A stretch of DNA of 64,000 nt from Nannocystaceae bacterium ST9 (GTDB taxonomy: Bacteria > Myxococcota_A > Polyangia > Nannocystales > Nannocystaceae). Below are positions 37,484 through 46,853 of the stretch, one piece after another. The DNA lies in contig JBLWFJ010000001.1 in assembly GCA_048320885.1 (NCBI GenBank), positions 5,889,697 to 5,953,696 on the forward strand, written 5' to 3'. Every line of letters starts with the position of its first letter. Within the stretch, counting starts at the first letter, position 1. The position numbers and the translations under genes are program-made. The notes under the pieces are model-generated. The model saw only the letters and a program-made list of their open reading frames with translations. It was not told where the DNA came from and did no database searches.

Positions 37484-38329
37484 TCAGCCGCAGGTCGATC
37501 CGCTGAATCCACCGCCGCCGAGCTGGGCGGGATTGCAGGTCCCGCCCATGCAGTCGGCATCGGTCTCGCACTCGCCACACACGCCGATCTCGATCAGGCC
37601 CATCAGACTGGCGACCGTGCAGAAGCCCTCGCAGGCCATGTCGCCGTTGCCGTTCTGATCGCAGACCTGATCGTTGGGCACGGTCTTGGGATCGACGCAG
37701 CTGCGCTGGCCACCGATGTTCATGAGGTCGGTGAACTCGACCATCGGCGCGCAGAGCTGGCCGTTCATGCACATGCTGTCGTCCTTGCAGGTGCTACAGA
37801 AATTGCCGTTGAAGAGCCCGGCGAGATCGATGACCTCGGCGCAATAGAAGCCGTCGCCGCAGGCCTCGTCGGTCTCGCACATCTGGCCGAGGCTGCCGTC
37901 GCCACATTCGAAGTAGCCGTTCGGCGTCAGCGTGCAGTTGCCCCCGGCGCAGTCGCTGTCGCCGGCGCACTCCGAGCAGACCGCGAACCCGAATTGCGGC
38001 ACGCCGTTGCAGAACAGATCTTCGGCACAGTCGGCGTCCGACATGCACATGTCGCCGAGGTTGCCGGGCGGCGCGTCGGTCGTGGTGTCGGTCCCGTCGC
38101 TCGGGATGAAGTTGGCGTCGTCGGTGCTGGTCGTCGCGCTCTCGCTGCTCGACGTGCCTTCGTCGCTGGTCGACTCTTCGGACTCGCCCGCGGTCGACGA
38201 GGCGGCCGTGGTCTCGCCGGCTTCGTCGTCGACCCCGGTGGTGTCGTCGGCGCAGCCGAGCGAGCCGAAGCTGAAACACAGGCCGGCACAGAGCAAGGAC
38301 AGGAGGGGGGAGACTCGCTTGCAGTTCAT
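37484..38329 (-). CDS. Secreted cysteine-rich repeat lipoprotein, paralog of 36575..37351
   Basis: Same architecture and many conserved blocks (CSECxxDxDCxGGNCTL, ECGDGSLGQ.CETDE.C, CxEFxG..G.C). Confidence 0.65.
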   Translation of the reverse strand: MNCKRVSPLLSLLCAGLCFSFGSLGCADDTTGVDDEAGETTAASSTAGESEESTSDEGTSSSESATTSTDDANFIPSDGTDTTTDAPPGNLGDMCMSDADCAEDLFCNGVPQFGFAVCSECAGDSDCAGGNCTLTPNGYFECGDGSLGQMCETDEACGDGFYCAEVIDLAGLFNGNFCSTCKDDSMCMNGQLCAPMVEFTDLMNIGGQRSCVDPKTVPNDQVCDQNGNGDMACEGFCTVASLMGLIEIGVCGECETDADCMGGTCNPAQLGGGGFSGSTCG

Positions 38330-38408
38330 GGGGCGTACCTCTCGATCGACGGCCGGAGCCTCGCCCAGCGTCGATCGATTGTCCAGCGATTGCGATGGTG
38401 GCCCGAGC

Positions 38409-39251
38409 TCAGATCAGAGCGCGTCGCACGACCCACGAGCGCTGCGCGATCGTCCAGCCTGCGCCGAGCAACGCCCGCGACCAGGGCCGTTGTGCCGCAC
38501 ACGGATAGAGCAGCACTGGAGTCCCGCGAGGTAAGCCGGCCCGCACCTGGTTCAGCGCGTCGACGATCGTCTCGAGCTCGCGCGAGCGAGCGGGCTCGCC
38601 GAGCTCGAAGCGATGGATCAGCACGGCACGACCTTCGCGGCTGGCCCACGCGCGCAGCTCGACGCCGGGGCGCGAGCTCGCCAGCCAGCCGCGCTCGGCC
38701 GTCGGCGTGCGCAGCCAGGCCTCGCGGATCCACGACCACACGCAGGCGCCCCGGGGGGCGAGCTCGCCGGCCCACGTGAACTCGTCGCGCTCGCCGCTCG
38801 CCTCGGCCTGCAGCGTCCACTCGCTGCGGATTGGTTCGAAGCCCATGCGCAGGTACCAAGCCAGGCGCTCGGGCTCGGCCAGGAATTCGAGCGCCGCGAC
38901 GCCGCGCTCGGCCGCGCGTCGACAGGCCGCGTCGATCAGCGTGGCCCCGATCCCGCGCCCGCGCAGGGCCGGGAGCACGCCGACGCCGGCTCCCCGGGCG
39001 AGGGCGCCGAGCGAGGGCGAGCGACCGATCAACACGTAGCCGGCGACCTGCTCGAGCTCGATGGACTCGCCCACGTCGTCGGCCTCGCGCAGCAGCAGCG
39101 CGCTCGCGGCCGGGTCGACGCACTCGCGCTCGAGCTTGCGGGCCAACCACCCGCGCCGGCGCAGATCACCGGCGAAGATCGCCGCGGCCAGCGGCTCGAG
39201 TCGCGCGAGCCCACCGACCAGGCGATCGCCAGCGACGATCGCGACGCTCAC
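38409..39251 (-). CDS. GNAT family N-acetyltransferase
   Basis: Acetyl-CoA binding-like LRGRGIGATLIDAACRRAAERG. GTG start overlaps the trpS stop (GTGA). Confidence 0.6.
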   Translation of the reverse strand: MSVAIVAGDRLVGGLARLEPLAAAIFAGDLRRRGWLARKLERECVDPAASALLLREADDVGESIELEQVAGYVLIGRSPSLGALARGAGVGVLPALRGRGIGATLIDAACRRAAERGVAALEFLAEPERLAWYLRMGFEPIRSEWTLQAEASGERDEFTWAGELAPRGACVWSWIREAWLRTPTAERGWLASSRPGVELRAWASREGRAVLIHRFELGEPARSRELETIVDALNQVRAGLPRGTPVLLYPCAAQRPWSRALLGAGWTIAQRSWVVRRALI

Positions 39252-40252
39252 CGCAGGCCACAAGCCTGCTTGCAGGCGTCGAGGGTCGCGCGAGCCAGCG
39301 CGCGCGCCTTGCCGGCCGAGCTGCGCAGGACGTCTTCGACCTCGTCGGGGTGGGCGACGAAGTGATCGCGGCGGGCTCGGGCAGGGGCGAAGTGCTCCTC
39401 GATCTTGCCGGCCAAGAGCTGCTTGGCGTGGCCATAGCCGAAGCCCTGACCCGCGCGCGAGCCGGTCTCGTACCACTCGCGGATCTCGGCCAGCTCGTCG
39501 TCGCTCGCGAGCAGCTCGAGCAGCGCGTAGACGTTGTCGGACTTCCAGGGCAGCGGCTGCCCGAGCGGGGTCGAGTCGGTCACGACCTTGCCGATCGCCT
39601 GCTTGAGCGGCTTGCCGGCCAAGAAGAGCGGCAGCGTGTTGGCGTAGCTCTTGCTCATCTTGCGGCCGTCGATGCCGGGCACATAGGGGCTCTTCGAGAG
39701 CCTCCACTCGGGCCGACGCAGGACCGGCGCCTCGCTGGCGTAGGTCTCGTTGAAGTGCGTGGCCATGTCCTGGGTCATCTCGATGTGCTGGACCTGATCT
39801 TTGCCGACCGGGACCAGCGACGACTGGTAGATCAGGATGTCGGCGGCCATCAGCACCGGGTAGGTGAAGAGTCCGACCGAGGGCTTGATGCCCTGCTCGA
39901 TCTTGTCCTTGTACGAGACGGCGCGCTCGAGCAGGCCCATGCCGGTCACCGTGCTCAGCAGCCAGGTCAGCTCGCAGACCTCGGGGATGTCGCTCTGGCG
40001 AAAGAGCAGGGCCCGCTCGGGATCGAGGCCGCAGGCCAGGTAGGTGACCGCGAGGTCGAACACGTTCTGGCGCAGCGCCGCGGGGTCGCGCAGGGTCGTC
40101 AGCGCGTGATAGTCGGCGATGAAGTAGAGGCACTCGTTGGGGAATTCGTCTTGCAGCGCGACTTGCTGACGGATGGCCCCGAAGTAGTTGCCGAGATGGA
40201 TCGTGCCGGAGGGCTGGATGCCGGAGAGCACACGGGGGGGCGTTTCGGCCAT
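39248..40252 (-). CDS. trpS: Tryptophan--tRNA ligase
   Basis: LSGIQPSGTIHLGNYFG (HIGH region) and KMSKS present. ATG at complement of 40250..40252. Confidence 0.9.
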   Translation of the reverse strand: MAETPPRVLSGIQPSGTIHLGNYFGAIRQQVALQDEFPNECLYFIADYHALTTLRDPAALRQNVFDLAVTYLACGLDPERALLFRQSDIPEVCELTWLLSTVTGMGLLERAVSYKDKIEQGIKPSVGLFTYPVLMAADILIYQSSLVPVGKDQVQHIEMTQDMATHFNETYASEAPVLRRPEWRLSKSPYVPGIDGRKMSKSYANTLPLFLAGKPLKQAIGKVVTDSTPLGQPLPWKSDNVYALLELLASDDELAEIREWYETGSRAGQGFGYGHAKQLLAGKIEEHFAPARARRDHFVAHPDEVEDVLRSSAGKARALARATLDACKQACGLR

Positions 40253-40426
40253 GGCGGTGCGCAGGGTGGCTGGTTTCACGCGAGCGGGCAACTCGACCGC
40301 AACGCCGTGGGGGCGTGACGAAGAGGGTGAGCGGGTAGGGCGCCGCGGCGAAACTCGCTTGGTTCGGAGCTGCACAGAGCGACATCCGCCACGCGACGTG
40401 GCAAACCCGACCCGAGCGCACCGACC

Positions 40427-41794
40427 ATGCCGACACTCCTGACCGCGACCTTCACTGCGACGTTGATCTCGCTCGCCCCACCGGCGAGCAAGGCCTCCGA
40501 CTCCATCCCCATCGAGCGCTTCACGCTCGACAACGGCCTCAAGGTGGTCCTCAGCGAGGATCACAGCGCGCCGATCGTGACCACGTACATCACGTACAAG
40601 GTCGGCGCGGCGCAAGAGCAGAAGGGCTTCACCGGGTTCGCGCACCTGTTCGAACACATGATGTTCAACGGATCCAAGCACGTGCCCGAGGGCGCCTACG
40701 CCTGGTACATCGACGGGACCGGCGGGGTGCTCAACGGCAACACCGAGTCGGATCGAACCAACTACTTCCAGACCGTGCCCTCGAATTACCTCGAGGGCAT
40801 GCTCTGGCTCGAGGCCGATCGCATGGCCGCGCTGACCATCACCGAGGAGGCGCTGGCCAACGAGAAGGACGTGGTCAAGGAGGAGGTTCGCCAACAGCAG
40901 GAGAACCAGCCCTTCGTGAAGACGATCCTGCTCGACTGGCCCTCGGTCGCCTACTCGAGCTGGGAGTACTCGCACTCGATCTACGGCTCGATGGACGACC
41001 TCTCGAACGCGCCCAAGTCGGCGTTCGAAGAATTCTTCGCCCGCTACTACGTGCCCAACAACGCGGCGCTGGTGATCGTCGGCGACTTCGATCCCGCGCA
41101 GGCGCGCAAGCTGATCGAGACCTACTTCGGCGGCATCCCGCGCGGGCCCGACAACACCTGGACCTACCCGGCCGAGGCGGTCCAGACCCAGGCGGTCTAT
41201 CAGAAGGTCAGCGATCCGCTCGCGCCGGTCCCGGCCGCGCTGATCTCGTGGGACGTGCCGCAGCCGCGGACCAAGGACCGCGACGCGCTCGAGCTGCTCG
41301 CGGCGGTGCTCAGCGAGGGCGACTCGTCGCGGCTGCGCAAGCGGCTGATCGATCAGGACAAGCTGGCGATCGAGGTCGTGATGATGACCGGCTTCCCGAT
41401 CCCGACCTACGGGCCCGGCGAGCTGCTGACCTTGCTGATCCCGGCCAACAACGTCGACGTCGAGGCGGCCCGCAAGGTGCTCTGGGAGGAGATCGAGCTG
41501 GTCCGCAGCAAGGGCGTGAGCAAGGCCGAGCTCGACACCGCGCGGGCCAAGAAGAAGCTCGCCTACGTGCAGTCGCTCGGCGACACCCTGTTCAAGGCCG
41601 AGCAGCTGGCGACCTACGAGACCTTCTTCGGCGGCGCCCAACACTTCGTCGACGACTACCGGCGCTTCGACGCCATCACCGTCAAGGACCTGCAGCGCGT
41701 GGCCAAGGACTACCTGAGCGTCGAGCGCAGCGTGACCTTCGACATCCTGCCGGACGCGGCCGCGGGCATGCCCGCGCTCGGAGGTGCACGATGA
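40427..41794 (+). CDS. M16 family zinc peptidase, catalytic subunit (inverted HxxEH motif)
   Basis: GFAHLFEHMMFNGS contains HxxEH. Signal peptide present. Confidence 0.85.
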   Translation: MPTLLTATFTATLISLAPPASKASDSIPIERFTLDNGLKVVLSEDHSAPIVTTYITYKVGAAQEQKGFTGFAHLFEHMMFNGSKHVPEGAYAWYIDGTGGVLNGNTESDRTNYFQTVPSNYLEGMLWLEADRMAALTITEEALANEKDVVKEEVRQQQENQPFVKTILLDWPSVAYSSWEYSHSIYGSMDDLSNAPKSAFEEFFARYYVPNNAALVIVGDFDPAQARKLIETYFGGIPRGPDNTWTYPAEAVQTQAVYQKVSDPLAPVPAALISWDVPQPRTKDRDALELLAAVLSEGDSSRLRKRLIDQDKLAIEVVMMTGFPIPTYGPGELLTLLIPANNVDVEAARKVLWEEIELVRSKGVSKAELDTARAKKKLAYVQSLGDTLFKAEQLATYETFFGGAQHFVDDYRRFDAITVKDLQRVAKDYLSVERSVTFDILPDAAAGMPALGGAR

Positions 41795-43350
41795 GCCGCC
41801 GCTCGTTCGTCCCGACCTCGCTCGCCCCGATCGCCGCGCTCGCGCTGCTGATCGCCTGCAAGCCCGAGCCGGTCGTCACGCCGCCCGACGGCGGCGATGG
41901 CCAGACCACGACCGGCGAGCCCGAGACCGACCCCGATCAGGCCGCCAAGGCCCGCGAGGCGGCCGAGAAGCGGGCCAAGCTCGAGCTGCTCGATCCGCTG
42001 CCCGGCGTGTCCGCGCCGGCCCCGGTCGAGCTGCCCGAGGCGTTGATCTCGACGCTCGACAACGGGCTCGAGCTGATCGTGCTCGTCGATCACGAGTCGC
42101 CGCTGGTCGAGATCAGCCTGCGCGTGCGGGCCGGCGAGATCTACGATCCCGCCGACAAGCTGACCGTCGCGGGCATGACCGCGGCGCTGCTGACCGAAGG
42201 CACGACCAAGCACGACAAGGTCGCGCTCGATCAACGGATCGATCGAACCGGCGGCTCGATGAGCTCGGGTGCGCAAGACGAGCTGGCCTCGCTCGGCGCG
42301 ACCCTGCTCAGCGAGGATCTCGGGACCGGCCTCGAGCTGATCGCCGAGCAGGTCCAGTTCCCGGCGTTCCCGGCCGACTCGCTGACCAAGCTGCAAGACC
42401 AGCAGATCCAGGGCGTGCGCGCGGCCAAGGGCAACCCGCAGGTGCTCGCCTCGACGCTGGCCGGGCGGATCATCTACGGCGAGGTCAGCCCCTACGGGCG
42501 CATGTTCCCGAGCGACGCGCAGATCAAGGCGCTGACGCGCGACGACGTGGTCGCGTTTCACCAGCGCCACTACGTGCCCAACAACGCGATGCTGATCGTC
42601 TCGGGCGACGTCGATCCCAAGCAGGTCGACAAGCTCGTCCGCAAGCACTTCGGCAAGTGGGCCAAGGGCGACGCGGTCGCGACCCCGCTGGCCAAGACCA
42701 CGCCGCCGAGCGAGCCGATCGTCCACATCATCGATCGCAAGGCGAGCGCGCAGGCCAACATCTACGTGATCGCGGCCGGGCCCAAGGTCGGCGAGCCGGG
42801 CTGGCTCGAGCTCCAGGTGCTCGACTCGGTGCTCTCGGGCGGGACGATGTCGACGCGGCTCAACTTCGTGCTCCGCGAGCAGCTCGGCCTGACCTACGGG
42901 GCCAGCTCGTACTACGACTACGGGTTCGACGGCGGCATGTTCGTGGCCGGCGGCGGGACCAAGAACAAGACCGCCGATCAGTTCGCGGGCGCGCTGGTCG
43001 AGTTGGTCTACGGGCTCGGCGATGCGCGCTTGGCCGACACCGAGCTCGCGCGCGTGCAAGGCATGGTGTCCGGCGTGTTCGCGCGGACTGCCGAGGGCGT
43101 GGGCGCGGCGACCGAGCTGACCGCGCTCATCCGGCTCTACGGCTTGCCCGCGGACTTCTGGGCTCGCTACCGCAGCGACGTCGCCGCGATGAGCTCGGAT
43201 CGTCTGCTCGCGCAGGCCAAGCAGACCTTCGATCGCGATCACCTGCAGATCGTCGCGGTCGGCAAGGCCAAGGAGCTCGGTCAGCAGCTCGCTGGCTTCG
43301 GCAAGATTCGCGTCTACGACACCGATCTGATCCCGGTCGAAGCGCAGTAG
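41791..43350 (+). CDS. M16 family peptidase-like lipoprotein, non-catalytic subunit
   Basis: Lipobox LLIACK, M16 fold without HxxEH. ATG overlaps the upstream stop (ATGA). Confidence 0.8.
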   Translation: MSRRSFVPTSLAPIAALALLIACKPEPVVTPPDGGDGQTTTGEPETDPDQAAKAREAAEKRAKLELLDPLPGVSAPAPVELPEALISTLDNGLELIVLVDHESPLVEISLRVRAGEIYDPADKLTVAGMTAALLTEGTTKHDKVALDQRIDRTGGSMSSGAQDELASLGATLLSEDLGTGLELIAEQVQFPAFPADSLTKLQDQQIQGVRAAKGNPQVLASTLAGRIIYGEVSPYGRMFPSDAQIKALTRDDVVAFHQRHYVPNNAMLIVSGDVDPKQVDKLVRKHFGKWAKGDAVATPLAKTTPPSEPIVHIIDRKASAQANIYVIAAGPKVGEPGWLELQVLDSVLSGGTMSTRLNFVLREQLGLTYGASSYYDYGFDGGMFVAGGGTKNKTADQFAGALVELVYGLGDARLADTELARVQGMVSGVFARTAEGVGAATELTALIRLYGLPADFWARYRSDVAAMSSDRLLAQAKQTFDRDHLQIVAVGKAKELGQQLAGFGKIRVYDTDLIPVEAQ

Positions 43351-43371
43351 GATCGCCGTGAAAAAGTGAGT

Positions 43372-43413
43372 TCCGTCCATCCGCGTCACGCGGGCGGACG
43401 GAGCTCGTTTTTT
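43372..43413 (+). terminator. Intrinsic terminator after M16 operon
   Basis: TCCGTCC at CCGCG tca CGCGG gc GGACGGA hairpin followed by GCTCGTTTTTT. Confidence 0.65.
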
Positions 43414-43487
43414 GGTGATCCACGCCATGTGGCCAGGTCTCTGGTCTCGCAGCGTCGAACGATTCCCTTTAACTTCCGCGAGTCGTC

Positions 43488-44621
43488 ATGAGCGAGTCCA
43501 AGACCGAACCCCAGATCACTCGTGCGAAGATGGCGATCATCGGCGCCGGCCCGGCCGGATCGGCGACGGCACTGCACCTCGCCCAGCTCGGCATCGACGG
43601 AGTGACCATCGTCGATCTCCACGAGTTCCCGCGCGACAAGACCTGCGGCAGCGGCCTCTCGCCGCGAGCGATCAGCACGCTCAAGGACCTCGAGGTCTGG
43701 GACGCGGTCGAGCCGATCGCCTACCCGATCACCGGGCTGCGCGTGGTCTCGCGCGAGGGCAACGAAGCGTGGATGTCGGGCGGCGATCGGGCCGGCGCGG
43801 TCATCTGCCTGCGCCACGATCTCGACTTCGAGATCCACAAGCGCTCGATCGAGCGCGGCGTGAACTTCCTGTCGGGCTTCGCCGCCGACACGCCGATCCT
43901 CAAGGGCTCGCGCTGGGCCGGCATTCGGGCCAAGGACGGGCGCGAGGTCCATGCCGATCACGTGGTCGTCGCCAACGGGGCGCACACCAGCTTCTCGACC
44001 TGCGAGGGCCCGAAGAAGACCATCCACACGATCATGGGCTGGTGGGAGGGCGTGCCCTACCGCCCGCACCACATCGAGATGTTCTGGGACGACCTGACGC
44101 TGCCCTACTACGGCTGGCTCTTCCCGGAGACGGCGACCCGGGTCAACATCGGGATCACCTACGAGGACGATCACAAGCTCAAGAATGCCCGGCGGATCTT
44201 CCAGGCCTTCCTCGACAAGCACTTCCGCGATCGCCTGAAGGACGCCACGCAGATCGGCAAGTGGAAGGGCCACCCGATCGTCTACACCTACCGGATCGGC
44301 AAGCTGTGGAGCCCCGGGCGGGTGGTGGTCGGCGAGGCCGGCCGCATGACGCACCCCGCGACCGGCGAAGGCATCTACCAGGGCATGCGCTCGGGGATGT
44401 TCGCCGCCGAGGCGATCGCCGACGTCCTGCGCGGCAAGGCCACCGAGGCCGAGGCCATGACCCGCTACGATCGGCGCTGCGCGACCACCTTCCTGCCCTC
44501 GTTCTGGGCCGGCGGCCTCGCGCGGGGCGTGCTGCAGACGCCCTTCCTCGACTTCGTGGTCAAGGCGACTCACATGCCGCGGGTTCAGGCCGCGACCGCG
44601 CGCATGCTCGCCCACCTCTGA
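43488..44621 (+). CDS. FAD-dependent oxidoreductase, geranylgeranyl reductase family
   Basis: MAIIGAGPAGSATALHLAQLG dinucleotide fold, ...GEAGRMTHPATGEGIYQGM (GGR-type C-terminal motif). Confidence 0.8.
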   Translation: MSESKTEPQITRAKMAIIGAGPAGSATALHLAQLGIDGVTIVDLHEFPRDKTCGSGLSPRAISTLKDLEVWDAVEPIAYPITGLRVVSREGNEAWMSGGDRAGAVICLRHDLDFEIHKRSIERGVNFLSGFAADTPILKGSRWAGIRAKDGREVHADHVVVANGAHTSFSTCEGPKKTIHTIMGWWEGVPYRPHHIEMFWDDLTLPYYGWLFPETATRVNIGITYEDDHKLKNARRIFQAFLDKHFRDRLKDATQIGKWKGHPIVYTYRIGKLWSPGRVVVGEAGRMTHPATGEGIYQGMRSGMFAAEAIADVLRGKATEAEAMTRYDRRCATTFLPSFWAGGLARGVLQTPFLDFVVKATHMPRVQAATARMLAHL

Positions 44622-44708
44622 CCGTGATCGCGTGACCTCGCGCGCATTGCGTGCGGGCTCGCGCTCGGACTCGCAGGCGCGCCAAAAAAATTCTATATCT
44701 GCGCCGCG

Positions 44709-45848
44709 ATGAGGAAGCTCGATCTCCGTCTCCTGCCGCTCGCGGTCGTACTCGTGGCCGCTGGCTGCTTCACCCCCGCCAACTACGGCGAGGGCGTGAA
44801 GGACTCCAAGGGCCATGGTCACGAGGGCGCGCCCGCGGGCGACCACGCCGAACAAGCCGAGGGCCACGAGCCGGAGGCCGCGATCATCGAGGGCGTCCTG
44901 CCCGGCAGCGAGCCCCGCAAGCTCGACATGGACACCCCGCGGATCGAGTTCGAGCCGCCCTTCGACGGCGAGCCCAAGACCTCGAACAAGCTGGCGAGCG
45001 GCGTGTTGGTCGAGACCTTCGAGGATGGCTCCGGCCCGGGCGTGGTCGATGGTCAGATCATCGAGTTCCACTTCAAGGGCTACAGCGCCAGCTCCAACCG
45101 TCAGGTCATGGGCTCGCGGATCGCCCCGATGCGGCTGCTGATCAACCAGGCCGCCCGCGAGCGCGACCCGATGACCAACGCGATGATCGACGCGATCCTC
45201 GGGGCCAAGGCCGGCGGCAAGCTGCGGGTCAAGGTGCCCTCGTCGATCGTCGACAAGGACGCGCCGGCCGGTCGCCCGCCGATGGGCGACCTGTGGATCT
45301 GCGTCGACGTCGTCAAGATCGAGGATCGCCCGGAGCTGAGCCCGGCCGAGGCCTACACGGGCACCCCGATCGCGACCAAGAAGCACTCGAACGGGCTCGA
45401 GACCTTCGACTACGTCGCCGGTGAGGGCCGCGAGGCCAAGCAGGGCGATCGCGTGGTCGTCCACTACATCGGCAAGCTCGACGACGGCACCGTGTTCGAT
45501 CAGTCGCACGACCGCGCCGACGGCCTCAACGTCATCCTCGGCGCCGGTGGGATCATCGAGGGCATGGCCCAGGGCCTCGAGGGCGTGCGCGTCGGCATGC
45601 GCCGCAAGCTCGTCGTCCCGCCCGAGATCGGCTACGGCCCGCAGGCGAACGGGCCGATCCCGGCCAACTCGACGCTGACCTTCTTCATGCAGGTCGTCAC
45701 GGTCGAGGACGGCCCGCCCGTGCAGCCGATGCCCGCCATGCCCGGGCCGCCGCCCGGCGTCGCGCCGGGTGGGCAGCCGCCGGCACCTCCGGCTCCGCCC
45801 GCCGACGCGCCGCCGCCGGCTCCCCCGGCCGCTCCGCCTGCGCCCTGA
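44709..45848 (+). CDS. FKBP-type peptidyl-prolyl cis-trans isomerase lipoprotein (two FKBP domains, Pro-rich tail)
   Basis: Lipobox VAAGCF. GDRVVVHYIGKLDDGTVFDQS...TLTFFMQVV is the FKBP signature. Confidence 0.8.
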   Translation: MRKLDLRLLPLAVVLVAAGCFTPANYGEGVKDSKGHGHEGAPAGDHAEQAEGHEPEAAIIEGVLPGSEPRKLDMDTPRIEFEPPFDGEPKTSNKLASGVLVETFEDGSGPGVVDGQIIEFHFKGYSASSNRQVMGSRIAPMRLLINQAARERDPMTNAMIDAILGAKAGGKLRVKVPSSIVDKDAPAGRPPMGDLWICVDVVKIEDRPELSPAEAYTGTPIATKKHSNGLETFDYVAGEGREAKQGDRVVVHYIGKLDDGTVFDQSHDRADGLNVILGAGGIIEGMAQGLEGVRVGMRRKLVVPPEIGYGPQANGPIPANSTLTFFMQVVTVEDGPPVQPMPAMPGPPPGVAPGGQPPAPPAPPADAPPPAPPAAPPAP

Positions 45849-45882
45849 GCCGAGCCGAGCGCATGAAGAGCGCATGAAGAAG

Positions 45883-45904
45883 CCCGGGTCGTCCGCGACC
45901 CGGG
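45883..45904. terminator. Bidirectional hairpin between convergent genes
   Basis: Perfect inverted repeat CCCGGGTCG tccg CGACCCGGG. Confidence 0.5.
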
Positions 45905-45927
45905 CTTTCGCGTGCTCGACGATCGAC

Positions 45928-46770
45928 CTACTCGCAGCGAGCCGCCTGCTCGCGCAGCGTCGCGACCTCGCCCCGCAGGGCCGCGAGCGCGGCCTTCAAC
46001 TCGGCGATCTCCCCGGCCTGCTCCTGCACGCCGACGATCGCCAGGCTGCCGTACGAGTACAGGTCCACGCGGTCGTTGCGCGGATCGGCCCAGACCTGAT
46101 CCTCGCCGTCCTCGAGGATCACGCCGAGGCTCGACTTGCCGTCCCGACGATCGCGGTAGCGCCAGGTCGCCATTCGCATGGCGAGCACCTGCTCGTAGAA
46201 CGCGGCGCGCTGGCTCGGGTCGAGATAGGCGATGTCCTGCTTGAACGCGGCCCGCGAGATCGGGCAGCCGCCCTGCTGCATCTTCGGATCCTCGGTCGCG
46301 CAGACCATCACGGCGTTGCAGTCGCTCATGAAGTCGCAGGTCTCGCCCTCGGTCGAGCAGGGGTCGCCCTCCTGGATGTCGCCGCAGGTCGGCACGCCCT
46401 CCCAGGGCCCACCGTAGCCGCTGCAGACCGGATCGCCGCAGCTCGAGTACCAGGTCAGCGTCCCGCCGGTCTCGCCGGTGGTCGTGTCGCCGGACGTGGT
46501 CTCGCCGGACGTGGTCTCGCCGGCGCTGGTGGTCTCGCCGGCGCTGGTGGTCTCGCCGGCGCTGGTGGTCTCGTCGGCGCTGGTGGTCTCGCCGGCGCTG
46601 GTGGTCTCGCCGGCGCTGGTGGTCGCGCCGTCGTCCGAAGTCGCGGGGCCGTCCTCGCTGCCCGCGGCCTCCTCGGCAGCGTCGTCGGTGTCGCCCTCGT
46701 CCTTGTCGCAGGCGGCGAGGGTGAAGGGCAGGAGCAGGGTCGAGATCAACAACGAGTCAGTGAATTTCAT
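45928..46770 (-). CDS. Lipoprotein with (E/G)TTSAG tandem repeats and Cys-rich middle domain
   Basis: Start MKFTDSLLISTLLLPFTLAACD at complement of 46768..46770. The rest of the listed ORF is antisense to the Rieske gene. Confidence 0.55.
   Translation of the reverse strand: MKFTDSLLISTLLLPFTLAACDKDEGDTDDAAEEAAGSEDGPATSDDGATTSAGETTSAGETTSADETTSAGETTSAGETTSAGETTSGETTSGDTTTGETGGTLTWYSSCGDPVCSGYGGPWEGVPTCGDIQEGDPCSTEGETCDFMSDCNAVMVCATEDPKMQQGGCPISRAAFKQDIAYLDPSQRAAFYEQVLAMRMATWRYRDRRDGKSSLGVILEDGEDQVWADPRNDRVDLYSYGSLAIVGVQEQAGEIAELKAALAALRGEVATLREQAARCE
46471..46625. repeat. 15/18-bp in-frame tandem repeat array (CTCGCCGGCGCTGGTGGT x about 7) encoding (ETTSAG)n
   Basis: Direct repeats are visible in the nucleotide sequence. 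Confidence 0.8.
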
Positions 46771-46853
46771 GGGGCCTCCACGAACACGATACGTCGACCG
46801 GCTCGGGAGCCGGGAGAACATCGTGCACGCAGAGGCTGCGGCGATCCGGCGCT

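Noticed and set aside
43386-45875. 829-aa minus-strand ORF and 47984..50839 951-aa plus-strand ORF
   Set aside because: Antisense or out-of-frame to GGR, FKBP, SDR and FAD-monooxygenase genes. Low-complexity products.
46471-46625. Tandem direct repeats as a possible CRISPR array
   Set aside because: Units are contiguous with no spacers and are in frame within a lipoprotein CDS. No cas genes are present.
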